Shown here: one piece after another, positions 43,980-54,336 of the stretch | Position numbering within the stretch: position 1 is the first letter of the stretch | Layout of the letters: every line of letters begins with the position of its first letter | From: Candidatus Babeliales bacterium | Lineage (GTDB): Bacteria > Babelota > Babeliae > Babelales > JANWKD01 | DNA length: 64,000 nt | Assembly: GCA_963722075.1 (NCBI GenBank) | Contig: CAVRJM010000001.1 | Span: forward strand, 1,024,001-1,088,000 | Direction of reading: 5' to 3' | Translations under genes and position numbers: made by a program | Notes under the pieces: model-generated | Seen by the model: the letters and a program-made list of their open reading frames with translations, nothing else | Database searches by the model: none | Told to the model about the DNA's origin: nothing

Positions 43980-44714
43980 TTAGGGAAGTGGCAACATCAT
44001 ACCAAGTGCAGCTGCACCAAGAGATATTGTTTCTACCATTCCTATCATGGTTGCAAAACAACCTCCACTAGCAACCATTGCAGATCCAGTTACAGCTGTT
44101 GCTGCTGCAACACCAGTAGCAGTTGCAGTTAACCCTCCAACAACAGCACCAGCCCCTACGGTTGCCGCAACCGCTCCTGCTGTTGTTGTTGCAATAGCTG
44201 TTCCTACTGCAGTACCTGCAGCACCAATTGCTGCTCCGGTTGCTGTTGCCCCAACACTTCCCGCAATAGCCAGACCTCCGGCAACAGCTACTGGTGTTGC
44301 AGCAGCTACGCTAGCAGTAACAGCTGCTGCTGCAGTTCCGTAACATAAGGTTTTAGCAATCCAATAGAATGCTGCCGCTGTACCAGGCCCACCGCCTAAG
44401 CCACGAACATGAGCCTTAAGCGAAAATTCACCATTATCAAATTGCTTTACTCCAATATAGCCAACTTTTTGAAATTTTTTAAGCGTTTTTTTATTGGCAT
44501 TCCGCAATAGTGGGTCTACATCGAATTGATTGACGTCATGTATTTCTCCATTTTGCTTAATATGGAATCCTGATTCATCATGGAACAGTTTTATTTTACC
44601 AAAACGCTCAGGTGCTTGAATTGATGCTTGTTTAATTTTAAAGACCGACATTCTTTCTTCCATAGCACTTAATGAAGACATTATTAATAAACTTAATACA
44701 CATAGTTTTTTCAT
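43980..44714 (-). CDS. Sec-exported Gly-Gly precursor with long Ala/Gly/Thr/Val hydrophobic tail (bacteriocin-like)
   Basis: Signal peptide; about 90-aa pro-domain ending LKAHVRGLGG|G; hydrophobic tail. Confidence 0.75.
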   Translation of the reverse strand: MKKLCVLSLLIMSSLSAMEERMSVFKIKQASIQAPERFGKIKLFHDESGFHIKQNGEIHDVNQFDVDPLLRNANKKTLKKFQKVGYIGVKQFDNGEFSLKAHVRGLGGGPGTAAAFYWIAKTLCYGTAAAAVTASVAAATPVAVAGGLAIAGSVGATATGAAIGAAGTAVGTAIATTTAGAVAATVGAGAVVGGLTATATGVAAATAVTGSAMVASGGCFATMIGMVETISLGAAALGMMLPLP

Positions 44715-44757
44715 AGTAAACACTTTCAAAAATTTTCTAAATATTAAAAATTACAAA

Positions 44758-45369
44758 TTAAAGAGCCCAACCAATTGCAGCCATTGCGGTTGCTGCCGTT
44801 TCAACCAATCCTGCAGCATTCAGATAGTGAGCGGTAGCGACTACTCCTTGGCCTGCTGCTGCTCCTGCTACCGTGCCCGTGGCAACTGCTGCGCCAGCTG
44901 AAACAACCCCTGTTGTAGCTACCACACCGCCTACTGCTGCCCCGGCAACGCCACCGGTTGCCACTACTACCGTGGCCGCGCCAACCGCAGCTACGCCATA
45001 ACATAACGTTTTGGTACCCCAATAAAGAAAGGACGCAAGTCCTTGCCCACCACCGTGCGCACGTACCCCTACATTAAGCGAAAATTGACCTTCGTCAGTT
45101 TGATTTACTCGAATGTAACCAACTTTTTGCAATTTTTTTAATGTTTTTTTATGCGCAGTACGCAAAATTGGGTCCACCAGATAATTATTCACCATATGCT
45201 TGTTGCCATTTTGCATAACACAAAAATTGTTGCCGTCATGGAAAAGCCGAACAGCTTCTAATTGACCGGCTGTTTGAATAGCTGATTGTTTGAGTTCAAA
45301 AAAAGATGGTGATTGCATTCCTTTAAGGGGAACGAACAATAAAAAAGGTACTAGATACAATTTATTCAT
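44758..45369 (-). CDS. Paralogous Gly-Gly precursor (bacteriocin-like)
   Basis: Shared LFHD, VDP.LR, KKTLKK.QKVGYI, FSL; VRAHGG|G; YW..KTLCYG; hydrophobic tail. Confidence 0.75.
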   Translation of the reverse strand: MNKLYLVPFLLFVPLKGMQSPSFFELKQSAIQTAGQLEAVRLFHDGNNFCVMQNGNKHMVNNYLVDPILRTAHKKTLKKLQKVGYIRVNQTDEGQFSLNVGVRAHGGGQGLASFLYWGTKTLCYGVAAVGAATVVVATGGVAGAAVGGVVATTGVVSAGAAVATGTVAGAAAGQGVVATAHYLNAAGLVETAATAMAAIGWAL

Positions 45370-45717
45370 AAAAATCTCATGTAAAAATAAAATATACAAA
45401 ACAAATAAGTTGGTATTGGTTATATTTATTAGTACGCTGTCATCATGAATCCTTTCCGTTTATGAGGTTTATACAGTCCAAATAAAATCCATTGCGGATT
45501 GGATTCACTATGCTTGAAAACAAACATATTTTTTATAAAAAAATTATAAAATAGAAAGCGGCATCATAAAAAAATGCGGATTTAAGCCACTTTTATATAA
45601 AGTTGATATGATTTTTAGAAAAAATTTATTTGGGCAACATGTTAAATTCTATTAAATTTTTTAACATCATTTATAAAATTTATACTCAAAGATTACCCGA
45701 TATTCGATTTAAAAAAG

Positions 45718-45808
45718 CCGTCGTTGCGAGTTTACGAAGCAATCCAGTTGTAAAATATAAAGATTTTGTATTTATTAACTGGATCCCTACGCTTCGCTCT
45801 GGATGACA
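45718..45808. repeat. Family A plus family B palindrome pair
   Basis: CCGTCGTTGCGAGTTTACGAAGCAATCCAG and CTGGATCCCTACGCTTCGCTCTGGATGAC. Confidence 0.8.
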
Positions 45809-45879
45809 TTTGAATTATAATCTGAGAAATCAAAATAAAATCGAATTCATGTTAAATAAAACAAAATTCACCACATGGC

Positions 45880-48545
45880 CTAATTAATCAGATTGAATTG
45901 TTTTAAGCGTTTATAAATCGTAGAACGATTAACGTCTAAGAACTCTGCAATTTTTGCTTGGGTGGTTAATTTTTTAAGTAACATCTCTAATATTTTTGGC
46001 TCCTTTAATGCTTTTTTACCAAGCGTATACGCTTTTGCAAGCTCGGGATCTCCAATAGTATATGAGCTATTGAGATGAATGGTCTCTTTAATACGGTTCT
46101 TTTGATCCATATCTTTTTTGAGAACACCTTCAATTTGTTTTTTTAACTGTTTAATACTCAATGATCGATGAGCAATTAAGCTTGCTTTTTCACGCTTATT
46201 TATTTCAACTAACGTTGTATGGGGTAATACCAATTGACTTACAATAGTTTCTATTAATTCGTTATATTCACGATCTGTTAAATCATTCAATGATGGCATA
46301 ATTATTGATGCTTGCTTTAATTCATCAAAGAGATTTTTTGAAAATCTATGTTCACGTACAAGCATTGAAAGCTCTTGCCCCGTTGAACACATAATACGCA
46401 CAGAGCTTGTTACTTTTTGATCGCTTTTATAAGGGTGATAGTATCCATATTTAATATATTCAGCCAACATTTCTTGCAATTCTAGGGGTAAGAACTGAAT
46501 ATCTGCTATACACAGTGTTCCTATATTATGAAGGCTTTCCAGCAACGGCTTTTGAGAAGATACGTTATCTGATTCATACAGTTTATTAATACCAAATAAC
46601 GTTTTTGCTACCGTATAGAGATCAGTTTCTTTTTTTAATGTTAAAATGCGCAACTGTTCACGCAAACTAATGGTATGCAAAATATGAACTATATCTTCCC
46701 TATCATCATCTGCTACATCGATTAAGAGTGCTTTTTTACTTAACGCAAGCTTAAGTAAATTAATTTTAAAGGCTAACAATGTATCATTGATTGTTGGAAT
46801 AATTTTATTAATTAATTGTCCCGCTTTAGTGGTTTCTAGATATAACATAAAATCCATTTGGGTAGGTTTGTGTATACGTAATTGTGCCTGTTTAATAATA
46901 TCAAAAATAGTTGCATACGATATAACAAGTAACACATTATTCTTATCTAAAAAGGGAATAGCATATGCACTCAGCTTAATGCCCTGTTCATCATAAAAAT
47001 AATGCATCTGAGCAGTTTTATATTGAAAAACATTTGTTGCTAGTGCCTCAAGTTCTTGCGTTACTGAATGCCGTTTATGTTCATTAAGATCGATTGTAAT
47101 GATATCTTTGGCATCTTGATTTAAATATACAAACACACGATACGAGGTGTATGAAATGACACCAATTTTTTTTGCCTTATTTGAATAGAGAAAAGCATCT
47201 AATGATTCTCGATATTGATTAATTTCTTGGTGTTTTGCAAACAATTCTTCTTGCAGCTTCTTTTCCCGTGCAATTACGGTAGTTAGTTGATGGTTTTGCA
47301 AGATATTAATAACGTTCTCTACGCTGGTTGCATATAACACCATTTCATCACATTCAATATCACTGTAGAGCTGTTTTCCACGCGCATCTCTTTTAATAAT
47401 GATAGCCGCTATCAATGAATTATTTTTAAAAATAGGAATAAGTACATCGGCATCTAGATTATTTAAAAATGAAATTATTGCATCATTGAGATGTGTTTGA
47501 TTATGTATATTGTCAAAAACATTTCATCATAAATGGCAATGCGCTGTTCGTGCATATAAGTATACAATAATTCGTTCTGAACAAATTCCCGTTCTATAAT
47601 TTGTTCGCTTTTGCTTAATTGATAGCTGTTTTTTTCTTCTTCAATATTTCTTATTTGGGTGCTTTTCCTCAATAAGAATTCTACAAAATGAGGCTCAATT
47701 AAAAAAATATCCTTAAAAGCCAGTTGGATAACTGGTTCCAGTTGTTGAATATGAGTAACCGTTCCTAATTTTGCAATTGATTGCCTGAATTTTTTAAAAA
47801 AGGGAAAAGTATGAGGGTCTTTAACTTGATTTTGAAAATTAAGAAAGCGAAGGCGCATTACCTTAAAGGCGCAATAGTATATAGATACTGCATAAATTAA
47901 AGAATGGACGCCCGTAATTATATAGCTCGTCCTGCTATAAATTATAATATGAATAACCTCCGAAATACCCAGTAAGATAAGCGGATAAACTATATAATTC
48001 AATATAGTTATTAATTGTAATTTTAAAATTTTGGGGTAATCAGGGTGTCGTATTTTTTTCAAAACAAAAAAAGCACTAAATAATAAAAGTAAAAAAATAA
48101 AGTTTGCTATTATAAGAAATAAATCACCATACCAATATTTTTCTGAAAATTTAAAATGAAAAAAACCAATGAATAAAAAGTATCCGCTATAGAAAACAGT
48201 AAATGGAAAAAGTATCTTTTGATGAATTGGTAAAGCATAATTACGGATTGTTAAACTTTCTATAAATATTGCAAGAAATTGATATTGCAATAGACAAAAC
48301 ACCCAGGCAATACAACAAAAAAAATAAATTATACGTAAGTTTATACATGAGTAAAACAAGTTATTTATTTGATAAAGCAACCAGGAGACATCGGTAAAAA
48401 CATTGCCAACTAAAGCCCCAATGAGAAGTAAAATTCTTTTAGCATCTTTGTTCTTATTAAAGAGAGCGGTTATAAGAAATGAAAGCAATATTAGTTTTGC
48501 GCTAAAGGCCGTAAGAATAATAAAAAAAATCAAATAGTTGATCAT
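45880..48545 (-). CDS. Multi-TM sensor / GAF-PAS-like / degenerate NtrC-type AAA / Fis-HTH regulator; one frameshift near 47521
   Basis: ORFs 47475-48545 and 45880-47415 join via YDE(I)VFDNIHNQTHLNDAIISFLNNLDADVLIPIF, collinear with paralog 48926; ends IAEFLDVNRSTIYKRLK. Confidence 0.8.
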
Positions 48546-48663
48546 TGAAAAGTCAGTTTATGTTAAGTTATTCTCCTTTCAATTATATCCTATATTTATA
48601 AAATTTTAAAAAATAGTAACATACTGTTGCTTATTCATTTAACTGAAAATTAATTTATGAATT

Positions 48664-48696
48664 AAAAAAGCCCGTCTATAAAAAACGAGCTTTTTA
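48664..48696 (-). terminator. Terminator after the small peptide gene
   Basis: Minus strand AAAAAGCTCGT...ACGGGCTTTTTT. Confidence 0.65.
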
Positions 48697-48717
48697 TATT
48701 TATTGCTATTCAATCGC

Positions 48718-48837
48718 TTATTTAACAATAGTCGTTAACAATAAGCTATAACCACCTGTTGGAGGCCCATCAAAAGACATTACAGTAATCAACGCAAATA
48801 AAAAAACAAAATTCACTATATTAATTTTTTTTATCAT
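48718..48837 (-). CDS. Unannotated 39-aa exported peptide (candidate pheromone precursor)
   Basis: MIKKINIVNFVFLFALITVMSFDGPPTGGYSLLLTTIVK; GAAGG RBS; own terminator. Confidence 0.6.
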   Translation of the reverse strand: MIKKINIVNFVFLFALITVMSFDGPPTGGYSLLLTTIVK

Positions 48838-48925
48838 AGTATACCTTCAAATAAAATGTTATAAATATTTAGTTTTAAAGGTAGTATAAGGTCTTCATTT
48901 CTTAACATCAAGAATTGGGTCAAAA

Positions 48926-51625
48926 ATGGTTTTTGATTTTCTACATTCTTTATCCCAAAGCATAATTCTTCTACTCATTATAGAAACCCTATCGTGTTTT
49001 TCTAAAATTTATCTTCTATTTTTTCTTTTTAACGCATTAAAATCTACCAAAATAAAGATGCAGTTATTGCTCTTATTAACTGTCTTAACTTGTAGTACTA
49101 TCGTTGATTTCTCCTGGATAATTTATATTTTATCTCAATGGTTCTCATTTATTGATGTACGTCCTGTTTTTTTTATTGTACGACTAGCTTGGGTTGCTAA
49201 TTATATTTTATTTTTAACACTCGGCTTTTTTGTTGAGAGCCTTATTCAAAAAGATTTTAAGCTTAAAATTAGACAAAAATTGTTTATTTTATTTAGTTCT
49301 CCCTGGATACTCTATTTTGTTTACGTTGCTTTCTTTCAATACAACTTTACACAAGTTGCTGATAGAGAAGTAGAACTAATTATTATGCATACTTCTATTA
49401 TTTTCCTATATTTTATTCTAGTTATCCCTTCCGTTTATGTAGTAATAAGAGAACTGCACCGGCAACATTTTCCCAAAATTTTAAAAAAACAATTAATAAT
49501 TCTTAACAAATTTTTTATTGCTCCCTATTTATTTACTCAGATAATGGATATTCTTTCTGTTTATTACATGCAACCATATATTATTATCGGTATTTCAAAT
49601 GCTTTTATAGCAGCCGGTGTTTATTTTTCCATTACTAGAATCATGAAGCTGCGCTTTTTAAATTTTGAAACTAAGGTGCAGCCGCCAGAAAATATCGAAT
49701 TTATTGATAATTTTAAAACTTTTTTATCAACAATCACTAATACCAAAAGCTTGGCGGAAGTTACCCTACTGGTGAAAAATTTCTTTCAAGAAACATTTCA
49801 TATTAATACTAATCGCGTCACTATCTGCTATAGAAATAGTGCATTTTATTTACCGCAATCAGTAACGTATGATCCGCCGGTATTAAGCACCTGCGAAATT
49901 GCTTTTGAAAAGTTAGTAAATAACCCGGTAAAACATGAACAGCTCTTAACTATTATGAAGCAGCAACAGATTTTAATTTATGATGAAATTGAATTTAGTA
50001 ATTTCTATAAAGAAGAGACTATTCATCAGGAAATACTCTCTTTCATGAAAGAAATGAAGGCAGATATTTTTTTACCTATTTATGAACACCATAATTTAAT
50101 TGCTTTTCTTATCATTAATAATAAAAAAGAACACAATGAGCTATTTAATAATTTAGAATATTCGCAAATGGTTATCGTAGGTAAATATCTTGGGCATATT
50201 ATTACGATGCTCCAATTAAGTAACTATCGCGGGTTAATTGCGCAAAATAAGCTCCTTCAAGAACAATTATATGAAGCACATCGCGAAAATAATAACTATA
50301 AAGAAACAATTCAACTGTTTTTAAAAGATATGCACAATAGGCACATTGGCGTTATCACCTATGATAGTACTCGCTTTGCTTTTATTAATCAGAGTGCCAA
50401 AGAACTTATTGGTATTAATCCCAATATGCATAGTAATCATCCCATAAGTAAACAATTAAAACAGCTGGTTGCCATAACACAAGAATATGAATCAAGCCAA
50501 ACTATAACAATCGATACCGCAGCGGGAAAAAAATTGGTAGCATCAGCATTACTCCATAGTGATAAAAAAAGTATCATCATTATTATTTGTCATGCTGAAA
50601 TTGCAGAACAATTTAAACAAGAAGTAGCCAAATTAGGTAATCCTGCCACCTGGGAATATCTATTATATTTACAAACAACTGAATCTGGGAAGCTGATTAA
50701 TAAATTAATTCCAGGTAACAGTAAGAACCTACTCAATTTTAAGATTGATTTATTAAAAGCTGCCTTAAGTAAGCGGCCTATAGTACTTGATATTCCTGAA
50801 GATGATTTGGAAGGAATTATAGAAATTTTACATCATTCAAGTCTACGCGATCATTTGTATAAATTAACCATGAGCTCTCCTGAAAAAAATAATAGCATAG
50901 CCATAAAATTATGTGGCGTTAATCCGCTTTTTGGATCCGCTGAACAATCATTATTGGAACAATTAAATGGATCAGGCACACTGTTTATTCAAAATATTCA
51001 CTTGCTTGAATTAAGCACCCAAGATGCACTAGCAGAGTTTATCAGATATGGCTATTATACAGTTCAAAAAAGTAATAAAAAGCTTTTTGCTGATGTACGT
51101 CTTATCTTTTCAACCACCCAGAATTTACATCAATTAGTACATGAGGGAGCATTTAGCAAAATACTTTATCAAGAGTTAGAAAAAAATATTTTGACTATGC
51201 CTTCATTATTTCAACTATCTGATGATGAATTGCATGAACTGGTTAAAGATTTTATCAAACAAGAAAATCTTGCCAATGAAATTGAATTTACTAAAAAAGA
51301 TAAAGAGCGCTTAATAGAAATTCGTTCATTGAGTATTGCCAATTTAAAAAAGAAAATTAGAAACGTAATCATTGAAAAATCTAAAAAGCATGATGTTTAT
51401 TACCCCGCTCACAATGATGATAGCGATCTTATTGAAGCAAATTTACTGGGGAAAAATCTATTACGCGATAAAGAGAAATTTATAAAATTGATGCAAAAAT
51501 TTGATTACAATCAAAAAAAGGTAGCTGCCTTTTTAGGCGTTAATCATTCTTCAGTCAGTCGCCGCATTAAAGCGTATAATCTTGAAATAGGTACTAGTAA
51601 TAATTCTACAAGTGAAGTTAACTAA
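48926..51625 (+). CDS. Multi-TM sensor / GAF-PAS-like / degenerate NtrC-type AAA / Fis-HTH regulator
   Basis: About seven N-terminal TM segments; GTLFIQNI..LELSTQDAL, ADVRLIFSTTQNL, LTMPSL; NQKKVAAFLGVNHSSVSRRIK. Confidence 0.85.
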   Translation: MVFDFLHSLSQSIILLLIIETLSCFSKIYLLFFLFNALKSTKIKMQLLLLLTVLTCSTIVDFSWIIYILSQWFSFIDVRPVFFIVRLAWVANYILFLTLGFFVESLIQKDFKLKIRQKLFILFSSPWILYFVYVAFFQYNFTQVADREVELIIMHTSIIFLYFILVIPSVYVVIRELHRQHFPKILKKQLIILNKFFIAPYLFTQIMDILSVYYMQPYIIIGISNAFIAAGVYFSITRIMKLRFLNFETKVQPPENIEFIDNFKTFLSTITNTKSLAEVTLLVKNFFQETFHINTNRVTICYRNSAFYLPQSVTYDPPVLSTCEIAFEKLVNNPVKHEQLLTIMKQQQILIYDEIEFSNFYKEETIHQEILSFMKEMKADIFLPIYEHHNLIAFLIINNKKEHNELFNNLEYSQMVIVGKYLGHIITMLQLSNYRGLIAQNKLLQEQLYEAHRENNNYKETIQLFLKDMHNRHIGVITYDSTRFAFINQSAKELIGINPNMHSNHPISKQLKQLVAITQEYESSQTITIDTAAGKKLVASALLHSDKKSIIIIICHAEIAEQFKQEVAKLGNPATWEYLLYLQTTESGKLINKLIPGNSKNLLNFKIDLLKAALSKRPIVLDIPEDDLEGIIEILHHSSLRDHLYKLTMSSPEKNNSIAIKLCGVNPLFGSAEQSLLEQLNGSGTLFIQNIHLLELSTQDALAEFIRYGYYTVQKSNKKLFADVRLIFSTTQNLHQLVHEGAFSKILYQELEKNILTMPSLFQLSDDELHELVKDFIKQENLANEIEFTKKDKERLIEIRSLSIANLKKKIRNVIIEKSKKHDVYYPAHNDDSDLIEANLLGKNLLRDKEKFIKLMQKFDYNQKKVAAFLGVNHSSVSRRIKAYNLEIGTSNNSTSEVN

Positions 51626-51683
51626 CTAAATTATTGATTTGACTTCAATTCAATGGCTATGGTGTATAAAAAAGGAGAGCGCT

Positions 51684-52631
51684 ATGAAAAAAATTATCGC
51701 TATTTTTATCTTATATCCCTTCATTATGCAAGCAAGCCTTGATACTGATTTAAATACTTTAAAAAATAAACTTACCCATTTACATAATTCTTTATTAGAA
51801 TTACCGGTTATTCAAGCGGCATCGCAAGTGCGAGCAATATATTCCCAACTTAATAAAACAATAACTGATGCACTTAAAGCATCACCGCCTCAGATTATAC
51901 CCTTCAATTATTTCACCAATGCATTAGATAAAGTTATTGAGATCACGCAACATCTAACGCCTGAGCAAAGAAAAGCGCTTATTAAGCAAATAGAACCCGA
52001 TGCTAAACGCTATGAATCATTATTTAATAAGGCAAAATCAAGAGGAATTATTAAAGAAAAATTGGAAAAAGAACTATTACCAACTAATGAGCAATTAAAA
52101 GAAATCCTTACAAATGACAATAACGATATACAAAGAACACAGTTAGAAATAACTGACTTTGAAAAAAAACTAAAACAATTTCTTAAATGGGCACTATGGT
52201 ATAGCAATAATCCCCAAGAAATCGCCTCAAAACAACCAAAAAAATTTAGACAATTGGCTGAATTAATCCCTACTATGGCAAGAATTCCTCAACAATTTAC
52301 ACAAATCATTAACGAACTTAATGATTTTAAAGATACCGCTGATCTACAAGATACCATCGCCATCCTTCATTTTTTAAATAAGATCAAAGCTACCGTAGAA
52401 CATCTTATGGATATAATTGATAATGGTTGGAAAAACTATCAGCCAATATTACAAAAACGCAATTGGGGTTATCTGCAAGAAGTTAAACGCGGGGATCAAC
52501 ATTATCAACTGCTTATAAGTTTAAAAAACACGCTTAATGATATTTTGTTTTCATCTAAGCCAGCAGCACCCTATGAAACAAATATACTCAATAAAGCCAT
52601 TCAGGAATGGACCCAAAAACTTGGTGATTAA
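51684..52631 (+). CDS. Exported helical protein, family of 54337
   Basis: AGGAG RBS; LNTLKNKLTHLHNSL; DFEKKLKQFLKWA and RIPQ shared with 54337. Confidence 0.8.
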   Translation: MKKIIAIFILYPFIMQASLDTDLNTLKNKLTHLHNSLLELPVIQAASQVRAIYSQLNKTITDALKASPPQIIPFNYFTNALDKVIEITQHLTPEQRKALIKQIEPDAKRYESLFNKAKSRGIIKEKLEKELLPTNEQLKEILTNDNNDIQRTQLEITDFEKKLKQFLKWALWYSNNPQEIASKQPKKFRQLAELIPTMARIPQQFTQIINELNDFKDTADLQDTIAILHFLNKIKATVEHLMDIIDNGWKNYQPILQKRNWGYLQEVKRGDQHYQLLISLKNTLNDILFSSKPAAPYETNILNKAIQEWTQKLGD

Positions 52632-54260
52632 ATGCTAAAAAAAATTAGTGTTCTGATTCTCATAACCATATTAGCAACAAGCCTTATAGCAACGCTTTAT
52701 TTCTATCGCTCATATATCGCAATTAACAAAAATTTAGAGCACATAATTCGAACTCAAGCAGTCACCAAAAATCCCGACATTGGCTATTCTTTTATTAGTA
52801 ACTATGAAGGGACGCTGCTTTGGCACCCTATTGTTGAATATGCCAACAAAAAAGTTACCATACTTTTTGCACAAGAGGAGGCCGATTTAATAAATGCTCT
52901 TTTAAACAATCTTAAAGAGAAAAAAGAGATTCTTATTAAAAAAATATATGATGACCATGGCCATTTAGTACAACTGTATTTAATTGAAGATAATAAGAAT
53001 GTGCATGGGCTAATTTTCTTTCCTGATGAATTACGCAAATATGGCACCGATGCCGAGCGTCATATTCTTATCATAATAAGTCTTTCTATTTTATTTGGTA
53101 TTTGTGCATTATTACTACTTTTTGGTATCTTTTTTATTACCAAACCGCGCACCTGGTGGTATATTGTTGCTGCTATTTCTATTGCTATGATTGCTCAAAT
53201 GAGCTATTTATGGTCACTGCGTGATTCAGTAGGATTCCAAGAAGAATTTGAAGCTTCACCACTTATTACTGAAAGCCAAAAGGATAATCAGGTACAAAAA
53301 ATTAACAGCCGTAGTGGCAAAACATATAAAGAAGTGCCTACCGGCATTTTTATTGATCAAGGGCAATTTGCTAATGGTAATAGTAGTATATATCCGGGTA
53401 TGCATCTTGGCGGTTATATTTGGCAGCAGTATGATTTGAAAGAACATGCTGATCTTGAGCGTGGCTTTATTATCCCGAATGCACATTCAATAACCATAAA
53501 AGAATTATACCGGCAAAAAACAGCTGATAAAGAAACTATTTGCTGGTCATTTTCTGCTAATTTATATCAAAAATTCAATCCACTTTTATATCCATTTGAT
53601 CGGCGTCATATTTTAATAAATCTATTGCATAAAAATTTTGAAAAAAATGTGTTATTAGTACCTGATTTTCCCTCATATCAATCATTAAATCCATTAATTC
53701 TGCCGGGCGTTTCATTAAAATCGATTATTTTATCTTATTGGAACATTACCAAAAGCTTTTTTAGTTTTAATAATTATTTATTTAAAACTAATTTAGGATC
53801 TCCAGATTTCTATTATGATCCGGTTCCCTACTTACAATTTTATATTACCGCTTACCGTAAATTAGGCGGCGACTTCATAATGTATTTTGTTTCATTAATT
53901 GTGGTGCTTATTATTCTCTTTATTCAATTATTAGCATTCTTAAAACAAGAATCTTTAATGGCTGTGGTGGGGTTTTCAACGTTTAGCGTACTGGGCGCCT
54001 GTAGCGGTCTTTTATTTGTTTTAATTACCAGTGAAATTTGCATGCGCCAAGCATTAATGGTAGAAGGGATTATTTATTTAGAATACCTCTATTTTGTTTC
54101 ATATGCTGCTATTATTATGGTAATTATTAATAGTATTTTATTTGCAGTAAAATCTGATTCACCTATCATCGCTTATGAAAACAATTTAATATTCAAACTC
54201 ATCTATTGGCCACTCACCTTACTAGCCGCTGTATTGGTAACGGCTTATATTCTTTATTAA
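52632..54260 (+). CDS. Pentameric ligand-gated channel-like membrane protein with Cache-like N-terminal part
   Basis: VPTGIFI, LYPFDR Pro-loop motif, four C-terminal TM helices; GTLLWHP Cache-like segment. Confidence 0.6.
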   Translation: MLKKISVLILITILATSLIATLYFYRSYIAINKNLEHIIRTQAVTKNPDIGYSFISNYEGTLLWHPIVEYANKKVTILFAQEEADLINALLNNLKEKKEILIKKIYDDHGHLVQLYLIEDNKNVHGLIFFPDELRKYGTDAERHILIIISLSILFGICALLLLFGIFFITKPRTWWYIVAAISIAMIAQMSYLWSLRDSVGFQEEFEASPLITESQKDNQVQKINSRSGKTYKEVPTGIFIDQGQFANGNSSIYPGMHLGGYIWQQYDLKEHADLERGFIIPNAHSITIKELYRQKTADKETICWSFSANLYQKFNPLLYPFDRRHILINLLHKNFEKNVLLVPDFPSYQSLNPLILPGVSLKSIILSYWNITKSFFSFNNYLFKTNLGSPDFYYDPVPYLQFYITAYRKLGGDFIMYFVSLIVVLIILFIQLLAFLKQESLMAVVGFSTFSVLGACSGLLFVLITSEICMRQALMVEGIIYLEYLYFVSYAAIIMVIINSILFAVKSDSPIIAYENNLIFKLIYWPLTLLAAVLVTAYILY

Positions 54261-54336
54261 TCTATTTAATTTTATTGATTATTTTTTTAAGAATATTTTA
54301 TAGTTAATTTATAAAATCATTTAAAAAGGAACATTT

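Noticed and set aside
45400..45700. Sigma54 (-24/-12) promoter upstream of the precursors
   Set aside because: No convincing TGGCAC-N5-TTGC seen on the minus strand.
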